From NCBI RefSeq assembly GCF_009914755.1, contig NC_060929.1: a stretch of DNA of 64,000 nt. One strand, 5' to 3'. Below, one piece after another: positions 1-16,469 of the stretch. Below the pieces are notes generated by a model. It was not told the origin of the DNA. It searched no databases and saw nothing but the letters and a program-made list of their open reading frames with translations. Numbering within the stretch: the first letter of the stretch is position 1; each line of letters opens with the position of its first letter. Position numbers and translations under genes: made by a program. Source of the stretch: the human T2T-CHM13v2.0 reference genome, Homo sapiens.

Positions 1-655
<655 letters not shown>

Positions 656-1144
656 AGTCGCCTATATTTTATAGCTACGTAAACTTCTCAGGTAGGTTTT
701 CTGAGGTCAAAGAGCTGATTCCATTTACTGCTTCTCCTCTTGTGGATGGGTTATCACATGGCTCACAATTTGAACTCTTAATGACTTTCTTCATGAAACT
801 GTTACTTCCATCCATGTTTTCTCCTATTATTTCCTTAATGACTCAGGTATGTTATGGGTTAAATAAGTTATTGTTAGAGGTTCTGGGGAGCCATCAATCA
901 TTTCTAAAATTGTTTCCATGGAAGGAAAACTCTTTTTAGTTTCTACTTATAAATGGAAGTGATCATTGTATACAATTAGCCCTGATGGCAACACATCACT
1001 ATAAAAAGCTAGGATTGGGAAAGAAGTGGAGATCAAATCAGTCTTTGATACCTGTGTACTTTTGCTACAAACTGCATTTACAAATACTAGAATGAAAGGA
1101 AAGAGATAAAATGACAAAAATAGGAGTAGCCAGTAGGCCAAGAG

Positions 1145-1147
<3 letters not shown>

Positions 1148-1201
<54 letters not shown>

Positions 1202-1221
1202 TACACACACAGACACACACA
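1148..1221. repeat. (AT)n microsatellite followed by short (AC)n
   Basis: About 25 perfect AT units at 1148-1198. Confidence 0.97.
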
Positions 1222-1254
1222 TCATTATAAACATATAGTGAAATACATACATTT

Positions 1255-2250
<996 letters not shown>

Positions 2251-3599
2251 CAAATAAAAAAAGCCAAAAACAGGACCTTACTTCTTTCTTTATTTTCTGG
2301 GGGTTTTTTGTGTTTCTCTGTTTAGAACCCTGGGCTATTTTCATATGAATACAATTCACGGAAAATTAACATTGATTTTATCGTCAACTGCTGTCACATC
2401 TATTTACTTGGAAAAGGGAAGAACCACCTCTACCAGGACACATTTGCTTGGGATTAACATCTATCATAGAATCTGCAGCGGAAATGAGGAGGTATTAGGG
2501 AGGCACATGTGGAAGTGTGAGTCTAGAATGCCTTGCGTCCACTAGAAGACAATCTTTTAAATTCTTCTTAAAAGACTGAACTGTTAACACAGTAAATTTT
2601 TCTTGAGAAAATTAACACCACCATATGGAAGTGTTTTTTTGTAAATTAATAACCATTGTTATCCAAAAACTATAGTATTTTATAATATTAGAAAAGGAGG
2701 AGATTGAATTACACCATGTTTAGAATTGATGGGTTATGCTTTAATTTACAGTATATATGCAGTCTATACAAATCCCCCTTCCAGTCTTCAGGCCATGCAA
2801 GAAAAGCAAGACCTCTCCACATGCTTAGACCTAGTAAAAACAAGAACCACCATCTGGAAACGGGCAGCCAGTATACATAAGAAATGGGCGGCCAGTATAC
2901 ATAAACTCCACTAGTGCAGTAAACCTAAGGCTTGCTGACCTCTGGGCTACCAGCATCATGCTGGCTTACCTAGAATGAAAGCCTGCATGATCCATGTGGG
3001 AATAGTACCAAGTCATGCCCCAGGCAAAGCAATGCCAGTGGAAGCAAACACACAGAAAAGAACTAGATGATTAGTTCAGATTTTAAATTTGCCCAGAATT
3101 TGATAAAACATATTTTGATTTTAGCATAGTTATAAGTTTTAGACATTATCATTAAGTATTTTTATTCTTTACCAGGAGAAACCGGCTTTGCAAAATCTAC
3201 TCTGTTCCTAAGACTTCTAAGTGCTGAATTTTAGCCATCCGTAATGCCTAGAAAATTGAAGATGCATAATGTATTCTTGTTGAAATAATGAATAATGCAC
3301 GATTGACTAGTTAGTATTATCTAAAGGAAGTTTAAGAAATGACCTCTGTAGTATTGAGAATCTAGCCCTCAATTAAGAGTATTCTTGTATCATGGCCCAG
3401 CAGTGTGGTTTATCAAAAGTTACTCTAGTACCAAATAGAAAAGAGGTGAGGAAGTGCTCATCCGTACATACATCCACTATATGTTTCTGTATGTAAATGT
3501 AAAACAGCTTCCTCTTTCCTAAGTATGTTATCATTTGAGGTCATCCACGTTACAAATCCACCAAATGGATTTTAAATTTTCCACATTGTTCCAGATATT

Positions 3600-4142
3600 A
3601 GGCTAGTGTCTCACAGCTCCAAACTGTATGTTCTTAAGATGCCAAAGCTGAGCCTGTGAAAATTACATGTCTGCTGGCCAGTTGACTCCTAGTTAGGTTC
3701 TACTGCACAAGTGCTTTGAGGAGATCAGAAGGTTGCAGGCAGACAAAGGGCTCCTTTCCCATTTGCCTGCTGTTCCTGGAGTGTCACTTGGCCAGTGGCT
3801 CTTAGTTTCTGCAGAAGCAGTTGGTTCTGGCTGCTAGTAATTTTTCTTCACTCCCAGAACCAGTCTTCTTACAACTCCTCAAAGGAACCAGCAGCAGCTG
3901 GGCAGTAGCACCTCCTCAGTGGTCTGCTCCAGCTCCTCAGGACCCTCCTCTTCCAGTGCTGGATTCCTTTTATTGCCTCCTATGAATGAATCTTAGCTTC
4001 TTCCTGCTTTCATCTCCGTCTTATCCTTTTGCCAGCTACAGTTCTCTAGCACTCGTATAACCAAATCCCTGCTTTAAATGATCTCTGTTTATATAACTAG
4101 TTTGGATTCTGCTTCTTTTTTTCAACAAGACTCTGTTATACA
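3600..4142 (+). mobile_element. ERVL solo LTR (LTR33-like)
   Basis: 3' end taaccaaatccctgctttaaat...ctctgttataca resembles the LTR33 family terminus. Confidence 0.65.
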
Positions 4143-4648
4143 TAAAACACCAGTTTCAACTAATAGATATTTTGAATTTTTAATTAGAATGTGTTGGCAA
4201 ATTCTACTTGCCATTATAAAATAAATATTTTAAATTGACCTAAAATGCTGTATTTATCTTGCTGTGCAAATTTCAGAATTTTATCTGTGTATGTGTATTA
4301 CAAGGACATACACCCAATTTATTGATATGTATTATTTAAATGAAAACTTATAGAAATTATACAACCAACCAAATAGAAATAAATGGAACTAGAATTAATA
4401 AAATAGCTACAAGTTAGCAGGATTATACTGGAACAGTTATATGACTTTCTTTTGTGCCTGAGTACGCTGAGAGCTTTCTGTTCAGAAAGTAGGAAGAGTA
4501 AATAACATTATTTTCATATAGCTAGCATAAAATATGTACCAAGAATAGACAAAGTATATTCTTACACATTTCTGATACTAATTTCTCCATTATATTTTCA
4601 TGTCAAAGAATAGATGTTTTAACTTCTTGTAAAGAAAGGCATAAGATA

Positions 4649-4754
4649 AGCTGGGCATGGTGGCATGCACCCATAATCCCAGCTGTTCAGGAGGTTGAGG
4701 CAGGAAGATCACTTGATCCCAGGAGTTCCTGTCCAGTCTTGGCAATATGTAGCC
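4649..4754 (+). mobile_element. Alu monomer (FLAM/FAM-like)
   Basis: gctgggcatggtggcatgc...gaggcaggaagatcacttgatcccaggagttc. Confidence 0.8.
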
Positions 4755-4800
4755 TGTTTCACTATATCCTTCCCTTTTTATTTTTAACTTAGTTTCTGCC

Positions 4801-5164
4801 TGTATTAGTCCATTTTCACGCAGCTGATAAAGACATACCTGAGACTGGGCTATTTATGAACGAAAGAGCTTTATTGGACTTACAGTTCCATATGGCTTGG
4901 GAGACCTCATAATTATGGAAGGCCAGGAGGAGCAAGTCACATCTTAGGTGAATGGCTGCAGGCAAAGAGCACTTGTGCTGGGAAATTCCAGTTTTTAAAG
5001 CCATCGGATCTTGTGAGACTCATTCACTATCAGGAGAACAGTGCAGGAAAGACACGCCCCCATGATTCAGTCACCTCCCGCTGGGTTCCTCCCACGACAC
5101 ATGGGAATTGTGAGAGTTACAATTCAAGATGAGACTTGGGTGGGGACACAGCCAAACCATATCA
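4801..5164 (-). mobile_element. MaLR solo LTR (THE1B-like)
   Basis: tgtattagtcc...ccaaaccatatca termini; 5 bp TSD ctgcc/ctacc. Confidence 0.93.
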
Positions 5165-5365
5165 CTACCACTCAGCAACAATTTTAATTCCTTCAAATTT
5201 GTATGTTTTCACTGGCCTCAGGGCCTTTGGTCATGATCTTTGTAATAGTCTAACCACATTTTTCTGTTCAATTTATAACAGCTTTCAAATCCTACCAGTT
5301 TTCTTCCCCTTCAGCCTGCATCTGGGCAAGTTGATAAGAAAGCATGGGAATGCTCTCCTTTTTAA

Positions 5366-5694
<329 letters not shown>

Positions 5695-5846
5695 TAATTG
5701 GGATTTCAGGACAAGAGTATGGTTTAGGGACAAAAGACTCCAACTCAGTCTCTTTTCCTTGCTGTCTCCTGACATTCTACGACTTGATGAGGAGCCCACC
5801 CTGCTCTCCCCAGAAAACTTCACTATGTGAGTAGTAAACCTTTTCA

Positions 5847-6185
<339 letters not shown>

Positions 6186-7084
6186 GTGTTCAGGCAATGA
6201 CCACTACAACTGGGGGCCTTTTTGTCTCGCTTTGACTTGCTAACCAGCTCTGCTGCTTGCTCGTTAGCATGCTCTTGAGTTTTATTGCTGCCTTCTGGCA
6301 AGCTTTGTTCTATGTTGCTTTTTTCCGTATTTGCTGAGTTCTATAGTCGTTCGTCCTGACCTAAATCAGAAGTTATAATTGGGGTTTAGGGACAAGATGT
6401 GGGATTGAGGCCCCCCTTGAAGTGACTTTGGGCCATGTGCCTCTATCTCTATCTGTGTGTCTCAGATTGAATAGTTTGTCTCTGCTTCAATGTAAATCTG
6501 ACTAATGCTAGGCTCAAAGGAGCAACACATACTCTGTAACTGTTGATTGTGTGTCTCAACCAAGCATCAGTCCCTCACTCTTTGGTCTACTCAGGGTAGA
6601 GAGTGACAGGCTGTACAATATGTAGTCTCATTAGATTTCTGCTCCTGGAGAGGAAAAACAGTTACTATGTGACATACTGAAATCACTCTCCTAAAAGCAG
6701 ATGGCTCAGTAGGACTCTACACAATAAATTTTCTGTAGCTGATCACTATTCCTTTGTTGAAATAAAAAATACTACTTCTCAGGGTTTTAGGAAAAAACGC
6801 CCATGACACCTCCATGGTAAACTCAAGGTATTAAATTCAAGGCCAATTTAAGCCTGGGTCCTAAAACCCCATAAAATAATCATTGCCAAAGTTAAGCTTC
6901 ACTAGAGGATGAAATTTATAATTATGAGCAGCACAGGGAGAACCCTATTTCCCATTGGATGCAGAGAGAAGAAACAAAAACTGAAATAGATGTCCATGAT
7001 TTGACCCAATTAGAAATTTAAATTTTATTAAATTAATTTATATAACAAAAAGATTAAAAAACACTGATTAGCTTTTGCCATTAC

Positions 7085-8545
7085 AACATAGGTTTTGAAT
7101 TAACTTTAACATCTGCTGAAATGCACTTACTAGCAAATTTTCATGGCCTTTATGAATACTGAAGCTCAAATCAAGTTTTATCTATGAATCCTACTGAATT
7201 TAAATAAAATGCCACTATAATTTTAGAGATGTACTGCATATAAAATAGACAATAAATAGGTAAGCTTCAAGTAACTATTAGAACAATTGTCTTTCCTCAA
7301 TTCCTGATAGTCACAGCACCCATTGCCTTAAAATGTATTGTGGTGGGGACTGATGCTCTAAATCAATGAATAAAAAATGAAAATTAATTAAGACTTGGGA
7401 CTTACAATTGACTTAAATAAAAGGGATCCCATGGGCCTTTCCCTGGGTAAAATTGTTAATACAGCATAATAGAAATTTAAAGTCTTCAAAAATGAAACTC
7501 ATTACACAAGACTTATTTAGAGAAGAGGTGATTATTCTTACTGTTTTTCCATTTAACAGCCCAATCTGGTCTGATCTTGCACTTGGGAAAATGAATGCTG
7601 CTTCATAGCAGATTATCAAAACATTAATTCTGTGGCCCAACAGACTAATATTGTCTGGATGTTTTGACTCCTCCATATCTCATGTTGAAATGTGCTCTCC
7701 AATGTGGGAGGTAGGTCTAATGAGAGGTGTTTCAGTCATGAAGACAGATCCCTCATGAGTGGCTTGGTGCTGTCCTCCCGTTAATGAGTGAGTTCTCCCT
7801 CTATCAGCTCATGCCATATCTGGCTGTTTAAAAGAGCCTGGTATCTCCTCACTCTGCCTCTTGTTCCCTTTCTCACCATGTAACAGGCCGACTCTCCTTC
7901 ACCTTCCACCATGATTGTAAGCTTACTGGGGCCCTCACCAGAAGCAGATGCCAGAACTATGCTTTTTGTACAGTCTGCAGAACCATGGGCCAAACAAACC
8001 TCTTTTCTTTATAAATTACCCAGTTTCAGATATTCCTTATAGCAATGCAAATGGACTCACACACCCATTAAAACCCCATTCCCATTATTGCTGAAGTTAT
8101 TGACCACCATTAAATCACCAGCAGGTAAATACATTGCAGTCAGAGATGTAGCTAATTTTTTTTTTTATTTAGTGCCTATTTTTAGCAGATTTTCAGCCTC
8201 AATTTGCCTTCCTGAGTCCCATGCTATTTCTCATTAGAGTGGCAATTGCTAGCTGCTACTGGACTGTCCTGGAAACAGAGGACCTAATCAGCCTTGAACT
8301 CATGACCCTCTGCACCTAGCTGCCCAAATGCTATAGGTCATAAAAGCATTGTCCTGCAAGCTCAGCGTGGTCACTTGCTAAACATAAAGTCTCACATGTA
8401 TTTCCATATATAAAGCCTTGATGCAAGATGAACTATCAAACCTAAAATGAAGAAATTTTAATCGAAGCATTCAACGAACATTTTACCTCACTTATGGCGC
8501 TTAGCATCATAGAACGCCACAATGGCTTAATTAAGCAAGCTCAAA
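7085..8545 (+). pseudogene. ERVL pro-pol fossil (protease, RT and integrase fragments)
   Basis: Translations: GFELTL (~7091); MKLITQDLFREEVIILTVFPFNSPIW (from 7492); AGKYIAVRDVANFF (from 8121); QPQFAF (from 8194); IQRTFYLTY and SIIERHNGLIKQA (8469-8541). Contains stops and frameshifts. Confidence 0.85.
7646..8063 (+). mobile_element. MaLR solo LTR (MSTB-like) inserted in the ERVL RT
   Basis: Typical MST body; ends ataaattacccag...atggactcacaca; RT codons resume immediately after. Confidence 0.9.
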
Positions 8546-9044
8546 TTTAATTAAATGAAGCATGGGATATTTCAATCATCTGTCACACCATGAATTGTAA
8601 GTCTGTAACAATCATGAACTGTAATAATCTGACCCTCTTTTTGTTTTTTGGCTGCTAATGACTTTCGAACTCTATCATTCCTCCTTCCCCTCTGCTCCAC
8701 AGAGAAAGTTTAACCAAACAAAGAAAAGCCTCTTTCTTTGTCAGTGTCACAAAGTACAAACCAAGCAAGCCCAGGCCCACATGAGAGAATCCTCAGCCTG
8801 CTCTACTCTCTAGCCACCGTAAGACACCAAACTGGTCTTCTTTTCCTGTTCTCTCATGCCATTCTTGGACATGCTTTTAAATCTACCCTGCTTTTCCCAG
8901 AAAGCCTCATTATTATGTGGGTTATAAACCTTTCATACCTTCCTAGTGCATGGGTGGTGTCAGTAGTCGTAAAATGAACAAATTTTGGGTGGTAGAAGTC
9001 TATCTTGCTTCTATGGACTTATAATATTTTTGTTACTGGTTTTA

Positions 9045-9425
9045 TTATTGTTATTACTATTATTGTAAAGAAATACAACACACAATTTACCGTCTTAACC
9101 TTTTAAAAGTGTATAATAGTGTTAATATATTCACACTGTTGTGAAACAGATCCCTTGAAATTTTCCTTTTCTAAACATGAAACTCTGCACCCACTAAACA
9201 ATTCCCATTTTGCCCCTTCTCCCAGTCCCTGGTAACCACTGTTCGATTTTCTGTTTCTACAAATTTGATTCGATTATATACCTCATATAAGTGGAATCGT
9301 ACAGTATTCGTCTTTTTCTGACTGGTTTATTTCACTTAGCATAATATTCTCAAGGTTCATCTATGTTGTAGCATATGACTTCATATTTAAGACTTAATAA
9401 TATTCCATTGTATGTATATATCGTG

Positions 9426-9456
<31 letters not shown>

Positions 9457-10200
9457 ATACAGAGTCTCACTCTGTCGCCCAGGCTGGAGTGCAGTGGTAT
9501 GATCTTGGCTCACTGCAACCCCTGCCAGGGTCCAAGTGATTCTCCTACCTCAGCCTTCCGAGTAGCTGGGATTACAGGCACGTGCCACCATGCCCGCCTA
9601 ACTTTCGTGTTTTTAGTAGAGACAGGGTTTCAACATGTTGGCCAGGCTGGTCTCAAACTCCTGACCTCAGGTGATCCACACTCCTCGGCCTCCCAAAATG
9701 CTGGGATTACAGGCATGAGCCACCGCGCCCAGCCTATATGTCATATTTTATTTATTCATTCATCTGTTGATGGACATTTGGGTTGCTTCTACCTTTTGGC
9801 ACTTGTGAATAGTGCTGTGATAAATACGGTGTATGCAAATATTTCTTCAAGACTTTGCTTTAGTTCTGTTGTGTATATACCCAGAAGATGGAGTTCTGAA
9901 TCACATGGTAGTCTATTTTTAAACTTTTGAGGAGTCTCCCTACTGGTTTTCATAGCAGTTGCACCATTTTACAATCCCACTATTGGTGCTTCATGGATCC
10001 AATTTCACCACATCCTCAGCAACACTTGCTATCATCTGTTTTTCATTTGGTTTTGTTTTGATAGTAGCTATCCTAATGGGTCTGCAGTGATGTCTCATTG
10101 TGGTTTTTCCACACATTTCTCTGATGATTAGTGATAGTAAACATTTTTTCATGTGTTTGTCGGCCATTTATACATCATCTTTGGTGTTCTGCCTGTTTGA
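9045..10200 (-). mobile_element. L1 3' end (L1MB-like)
   Basis: Antisense L1 3'UTR/ORF2 tail (ctggtaaccact, cacttagcataat, ctcattgtggttt). Confidence 0.85.
9452..9734 (-). mobile_element. AluSx-like within L1, with (TA)n tail at 9426-9451
   Basis: Both arms present; ends cgcgcccagcc. Confidence 0.95.
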
Positions 10201-10619
10201 GTTTTTTTTTTCTCTCTCTCTTTAGTTCATTTATATTTATCTTCTGGTACCACAGCTACTGCATTTTTATCAAGCCATTGGTAATTGGTAGGTGTGTCCC
10301 AACACTCTCAGTCTTATCTTCTTGCTCATGCAAATATTTAATGTCTGTTTTATCTTCCCTAATGAAAAGTTAAATGAAGAAAACACAACTTCTGCCCATT
10401 TACTATTGTGTCTGGTACAAGCTAGATGGACCCTATATATTCTTGAATTCTGACTTGATTGTATGAGTCAGGTATTCTTTGCTATTTACTTGGCTGAAAG
10501 CATAGTCCCCTAAAAGACATTACTAAAATCACTAAATTAATTGCCATCATTTGCTTTTTCTGTGAGCAGTACTATTATTGGTCCCAGAAGAAGAAAAACT
10601 GTATTGTGTTAGTGCTAAT

Positions 10620-10822
10620 TTTAATTTGGCACTTACTATTTTTCAAGAACTGTATAAAGTGATATATTTATTATCATTGATTTTGTGAGAAAACTACTAT
10701 ATCATGGTTGATTGCAGATGTAAAATAAAGCTTTAGGACAACCAGCCTGTCCAAGATCACACAGCTACTGTGCAGTGGAGTAGCGGATTGTACTAAACAA
10801 TCTGGCTGTGAAGTCCTGTTTT
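10620..10822 (-). mobile_element. MIR
   Basis: Degenerate core ttgcagatg...ccaagatcacacagcta. Confidence 0.65.
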
Positions 10823-11759
10823 GTTGCAAAGGAGGAGATGGGATAGGTATGGGGCTGTGCTATTATTCCAGAGCTGACAGGGAACCAGTGAGTTCAATAT
10901 TCGTAATGTACTTAAGGGACAAAATTATAAGTTTCTCTAGAAACATACCAGAGCGTAATATATTTTATATATCTCTTCTAGGCTAAAATTAAATGTATGC
11001 ATTGTTTCTCCATTAACTCAGCCTCCGAACATGAATATGTAAATTAACGTTCTCAAGAGGAACTTCTTAAACTATGTGTACAAGACTTTTCTTGGTCTCT
11101 ATATGAATTAACGTAATCTGCTGCCACTTTGCTTACATTAAATGTGATGGCTCTGAGGCAAACTGTGTATATTTCTATATATTACCAACACTTCTTGGTT
11201 AATTCTGTAAGAAAAATGTGCTCGATTATAAAAATGCTAATTCTCTAGGAAACAGAAGGTAAGAAATCTATAATTCAAAGGTCAGATTTGGCTCAATGTT
11301 AATTTCATCAAGTGCTAGATATTATTAACCTTTTTAATTAGTGCAGTTTGTATGTAATGTTGCTGTTTATCCAAATTTGTTAATGAACTTTGATATGGAT
11401 ATTTGTAAATTAATTCTCTCATTTATTTATTTATTCACTTATGATTCATAGAGAAACTAGTTCCCAATCTAGTTTGAAGTAACATGTAATATTAAAACAT
11501 ATGTGAAGTAGGCCAGTTAAAATACAAAATTTGTTCAAAATCTAATTAGAAGAAAGGCAGGAAAATACTGTATATGGGTGGAATTAATTATTTATTGTGA
11601 TCAAGAACAAAATTTATCTCTCCATTTCCAGGTAGCCAGGTTAAAAGAGGAAATATTGTGTGCCTTTATAGAATCAGTGACTGATAAAAGAAAGCAAGCA
11701 GATTTTTGTGGAAAGTATTTTTTTTTCTTTTGGCAAAGTAATTTACGAAATTTATCACA

Positions 11760-13480
11760 TAGATTAATATTTAATTATCTTTATAGTGTATACATTTAAT
11801 GTGTACAACATGATGTTTTGATAAACTGGTTACAATGGTCAGTTAACATTTCCACCATCTCACATAGGTTATATTTTTTGTGTCTGTGTGGGAAGAGCAC
11901 TTAGAATCTACTCTTAAGCAAATTTCCAGTATATAATACCACATCATGTCAGTCCATTTGCATTGCTATAAAGGAGTACCTGAGACTGGGTAACTTACAA
12001 AGAAAAGAGGTTTATTTTGGCTCACAGTTCTACAGACTCTACAAGAAGCATAGTGCTGGCATCAGCTCTTAGTGAGGACCTCAGGAAGTTTACAATCATG
12101 GTGGAGTGTCACATGGTGAGATTAAGTAAGAAAGAGAGGAGGTTCTGGGCTATTTTAAACAACCAGATCTCACATGAACTCACAGAGTGAGAACACATGT
12201 GAGGAAAGCACCAAACCATTCATGAGTGATCCGCCCCCATGACACAAACACCCCTGACTAAGCCCCACCTTCAATGGTGGGGATCACATTTCAATATGAG
12301 ATTTGGAGGGGACACATATCCAAACCATATCAAACATTATTAACTATGGTCTTCATGCTGTTCATTAGACCTTCAGACTTATTCATCCAACATATCTGCT
12401 AGTTTGTTCCCTTCATCTTACTTCTCCCCAGCTCCTGCCCCCACATTCCTGGTAACCACCATTGTACATTTGTTTCTATGTATTCTACTGTTTTATTTTT
12501 CAATTCCAAATATAAGCTAGATCATGCCATATTTTTCTTTCTGTGTCTGAATTATTTCACTTAGCATCATGTTCTTTAGATTCATCTAGGTTGTTGCAAA
12601 AGTCATGATTTTCTTCTTTTATAAGAGTGAATACTGTGTGTATGCATGTATCTATGCCAAAATTTCTTTATCCATTCATTGGTTAACGAAGACTTGGGTT
12701 GATTCTGTTTCTTTTCAGAGAAACTTTAAGATATCTAGTTCACAAGTAAAGGCTGAATATATTCAAGGTGTACATTGTATAATAATCATCACAATCAAAT
12801 TAATACACTCACCACCATACATGCTGCATATTATATCCCCATATCATGTTCTTCTTAAAACTGAATGTTGGTACCCTCTGGTCAATGTCTCCTCATATTT
12901 CTCAACCCAGATCTCCTGGCAACCACCATACTACTCCTTTTCCTATAAGTTTGACTTTTCAGATTTCACATGTAAGTAACATTATACATGATTTGTTTTT
13001 CTGTGTCTGCCTTATTTAACTTAGCATGTCTTCTGGGTTCATTCATATAGTCAGAAATGTCGAGATTTCTTCTTTTTATGGCTTATATAAAATTCCACTG
13101 TATAATACATACCATAGTTTTTTATCCATTCATTTGTCAATGAACACTGAGGCTGTTTCCATATCTTGGCCATTGTGAATAATGTTGCAATAAACAACAT
13201 GAGCACAGATATCTCTATGAGTGACTACTTTCATTTCCTTGGAAGATATACCCAGAAGAGGGCTTGCTAGATTACATGGTAACACAGTTTTTAATTTTTT
13301 TAAGGAACATCATACCTTTTCCATAATGGCTGCATTGATTTACATTCTCACCAACAGTGTGCAAGAATTCCCTTTTCTCCACATCCTCTCCAACACTTTT
13401 TGTCTCTTGTCTTCTTAATAATAGCCATCCTAACTGGTGTGAAGTGATATCTCATTGTGGTTTTGATTCGCATTGCACTG
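11760..13480 (-). mobile_element. L1MA-like 3' ends (two adjacent fragments, junction ~12720)
   Basis: gtgtacaacatgatgttttg 3'UTR signature; second 3'UTR start near 12760 running into the ORF2 tail. Confidence 0.8.
11945..12332 (-). mobile_element. MaLR solo LTR (MSTB-like) within L1
   Basis: agtccatttgcattgctataaagg...caaaccatatca; TSD cacat/aacat. Confidence 0.9.
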
Positions 13481-13923
13481 AACTTTTTTACATTTATTCA
13501 CATCTTGTTCTCTAAGATTTCCAAACAATTTGATATGACGAACATATATTACATGTACATGGATTGATGGATGGATTAATAGATAGATATTAATAGATGA
13601 TAGATGAATGTAGATATTGGCATTTTCTTTGAATTAAGAAGAATTAGAATATTTCTAATCTGTATTTTTCTGCTACATCATTTATTAATGTGTTACTACT
13701 ATATGATTTGACTCTAGCTGAACACAAACAATTTGTGATTTTTATTGCAAGTAGAGTGACTATTTACCTTTAGTAATTGTAATTTTTGTAACTATATGGT
13801 GTTACCTTAGAACCAGATGGAAATATTATAAAATATAGTCCATGCATCGACTATCATTCAAATTTGAATCATTCCAAATTTCAGAATATGTGTAACCTCA
13901 GGGTTTTTATATAAACGATTTGG

Positions 13924-14221
<298 letters not shown>

Positions 14222-14810
14222 ATAAACGATTCTGACATATTAAAGATTATATCATGCATATTTAGGCCAGATAATAATTTCACCAGTTTTAACATTAAAA
14301 GACACATAATATATTATTCTTTTTTTGTCAGCAGGTATTAGCAAATGTAAGGCTTTTCTATTGATTTCTAACTAAATAATACATTTACTTTTTAATATAA
14401 TTGATATGTAGTCAAGCATACATATATACACATGGAAATCAACAGGAGAAAGGAAAATGAAAGGACTTACCTAAGAATAGAGGTATTTATTACACTGGAA
14501 GAAGAAACGTGAATAGAAAAACAATATACCGAAATTTGTGAAGGCAATTTTTGGACATGTTTCAAGTTACTAAGTTGGTGGAGTTGAGAACACCCTTTTC
14601 AGTAAGAACCTCAGCAACTATAAAATGCCTTGGACTAAATGTAAAAGCAAACCTAAGTCCATTTAACTTTACATGATAACAGTGCCCATTTCTGTGCATG
14701 TTCTAATCTATGACAATTTAACTGGACAGTTCTCAAGACATAGGTCACTGCCTAGAAGGACAAACAGAAAATTCTTAGAGCAAGGCCTAGAAGAAACCAT
14801 TTCTTTGTGC

Positions 14811-14956
14811 TTTTATTTATTTATTTATTTATTTATTTTTGAGTTGGGGTCTCGCTGTGTTGTTCAGGCTGGACTCAAACTCCTGGGCTCAAAGTGATTC
14901 TCCTTTCCCCACTACCCAGGAGCTGAAATTACAGGCATGTGTCATTGCACCTGGCC
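14811..14956 (-). mobile_element. Alu monomer (FLAM_C-like) with (TTTA)n tail
   Basis: gagttggggtctcgctgtgttgttcaggctgg...cacctggcc. Confidence 0.85.
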
Positions 14957-15829
14957 TATTATTTCCTTGAACTACCATAGCATATCTTGCCCTGTGGTTT
15001 GAAGAATGTATTAGCATAAGCATGAATTTGTTTATAATCTCTCTTTTTCTACCTAGGATTTTTGATAGCTTCATGTATGGATATCTGTGTCTTATAAGCC
15101 CCTTGATAAAAAAAGTCAGAGCTCTATATTTTTCTCCCATCTCTCATAATGGTAGTTTATTGCACATCCATTAATTTGTACACTCCATTGGGAGCAAAGC
15201 AAACAGAAAACAACAACAACAACAAAAAACATGAAAGGACACAGTGTTGAAAATATAATTGAATCAAAGGATGCTCAGAAAAAGTATTCCCATTTATGTT
15301 ATGTCTTTACTCTTGTCTTCAATTCCTCAACATCAGCACATGCCCTTGGCCAGTGAAATCTCTAGATTAAAAAAAATCTAAATTATTTGGTAGGATGCTG
15401 TACCTCCTCTTTACATTCAGCATCATTTGCCTAGAAATCTCTAGACATATGTTGCTAATTTCATTATTGATGCTGACCCACATAAAATGCTAACAGGTAT
15501 AAAGTGGTATCTCATTGTGGTTTTTATTAAAATAAAATGTTAGCCTGTAAGGCTAAACTCCATAAAACTGTGAAAAAGAGTTGATTTTTTAATTTTTATC
15601 TCTTCAGTGATAATTTCCCTTCTATTTTCATAATTTATTGATAACAGTTCTATTGCAGTACTGTTATTCAGATAAAATTTACAGATATCAAAATCTTTTA
15701 AACAATGGTAAATTCTAAGGGTAAATTAAACAATGGCATTCTAAAATTTAAATTGGCTACTCTTTGCTATCCAACAGCTTGCCCTGAGTTCAAAGTGAAA
15801 TGAAATATCTTATGATTTTGTTATTATTT

Positions 15830-16026
15830 TGTAATAATTTATACATGAAATAAAAAGACTATTCATACTATTCCATTTTAAAATAGAAAATTTCCATGAT
15901 GACTTAATATGTTGCTGTATTCCTATTTTAATTTTTATTTTTTGTGCTCACATTTTCTACCTTTATAATATTGGCAAAAGGGTGTCTGTTGCATTAGTTT
16001 TTGTGGAGAATCAAAATTCCTATGAT
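15830..16026 (+). repeat. Dispersed direct repeat, copy 1
   Basis: Aligns to 17147-17343; for example, cacattttctacctttataatattggcaaaagggtgtc is identical in both. Confidence 0.93.
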
Positions 16027-16469
16027 TTTTCATTTCACTTTGAACTCTGGGCAAGCTGTTGGACAGCAAAGAGTAGCCAACTTGAATTTTTATTTCTTTA
16101 ATTACTGTTGGTTTTAAGTGACTTTTTAATATGCTTACCGACCATTTCATGTTTCTTTGCTCATTGTTCTCTTTCATTGGGTTATTTTTCTCATATTTTA
16201 TCTTGAGTTCTGTTTCTATTTATTTTGGATACCAATCCTTTATGAGTTGCATGCTTGCCAATATCTTCTAATTGGTAGCTTCTAATTTTATATCCTTATA
16301 TGTATATTTTTATTATATACACAAATCTAATGTTTTAAAATTTTTTATATACTTACATTTGGTGTTTTTGTCTTACACTTTTGTTGTTGTTCTTTTAAGT
16401 TGCAAAAATATATCAATTTGTCTGTTTATGGTTGCATTTATCTTAAGGCTACAATTTCTTCCTTCCATA

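Noticed and set aside
4649-4754. 7SL RNA-like sequence
   Set aside because: Only the Alu-domain part, degenerate, with no S domain; an Alu monomer
11249-11258. Possible 10-nt microexon (ctctag|gaaacagaag|gtaaga)
   Set aside because: Very short pyrimidine tract, not frame-preserving, and no supporting gene context
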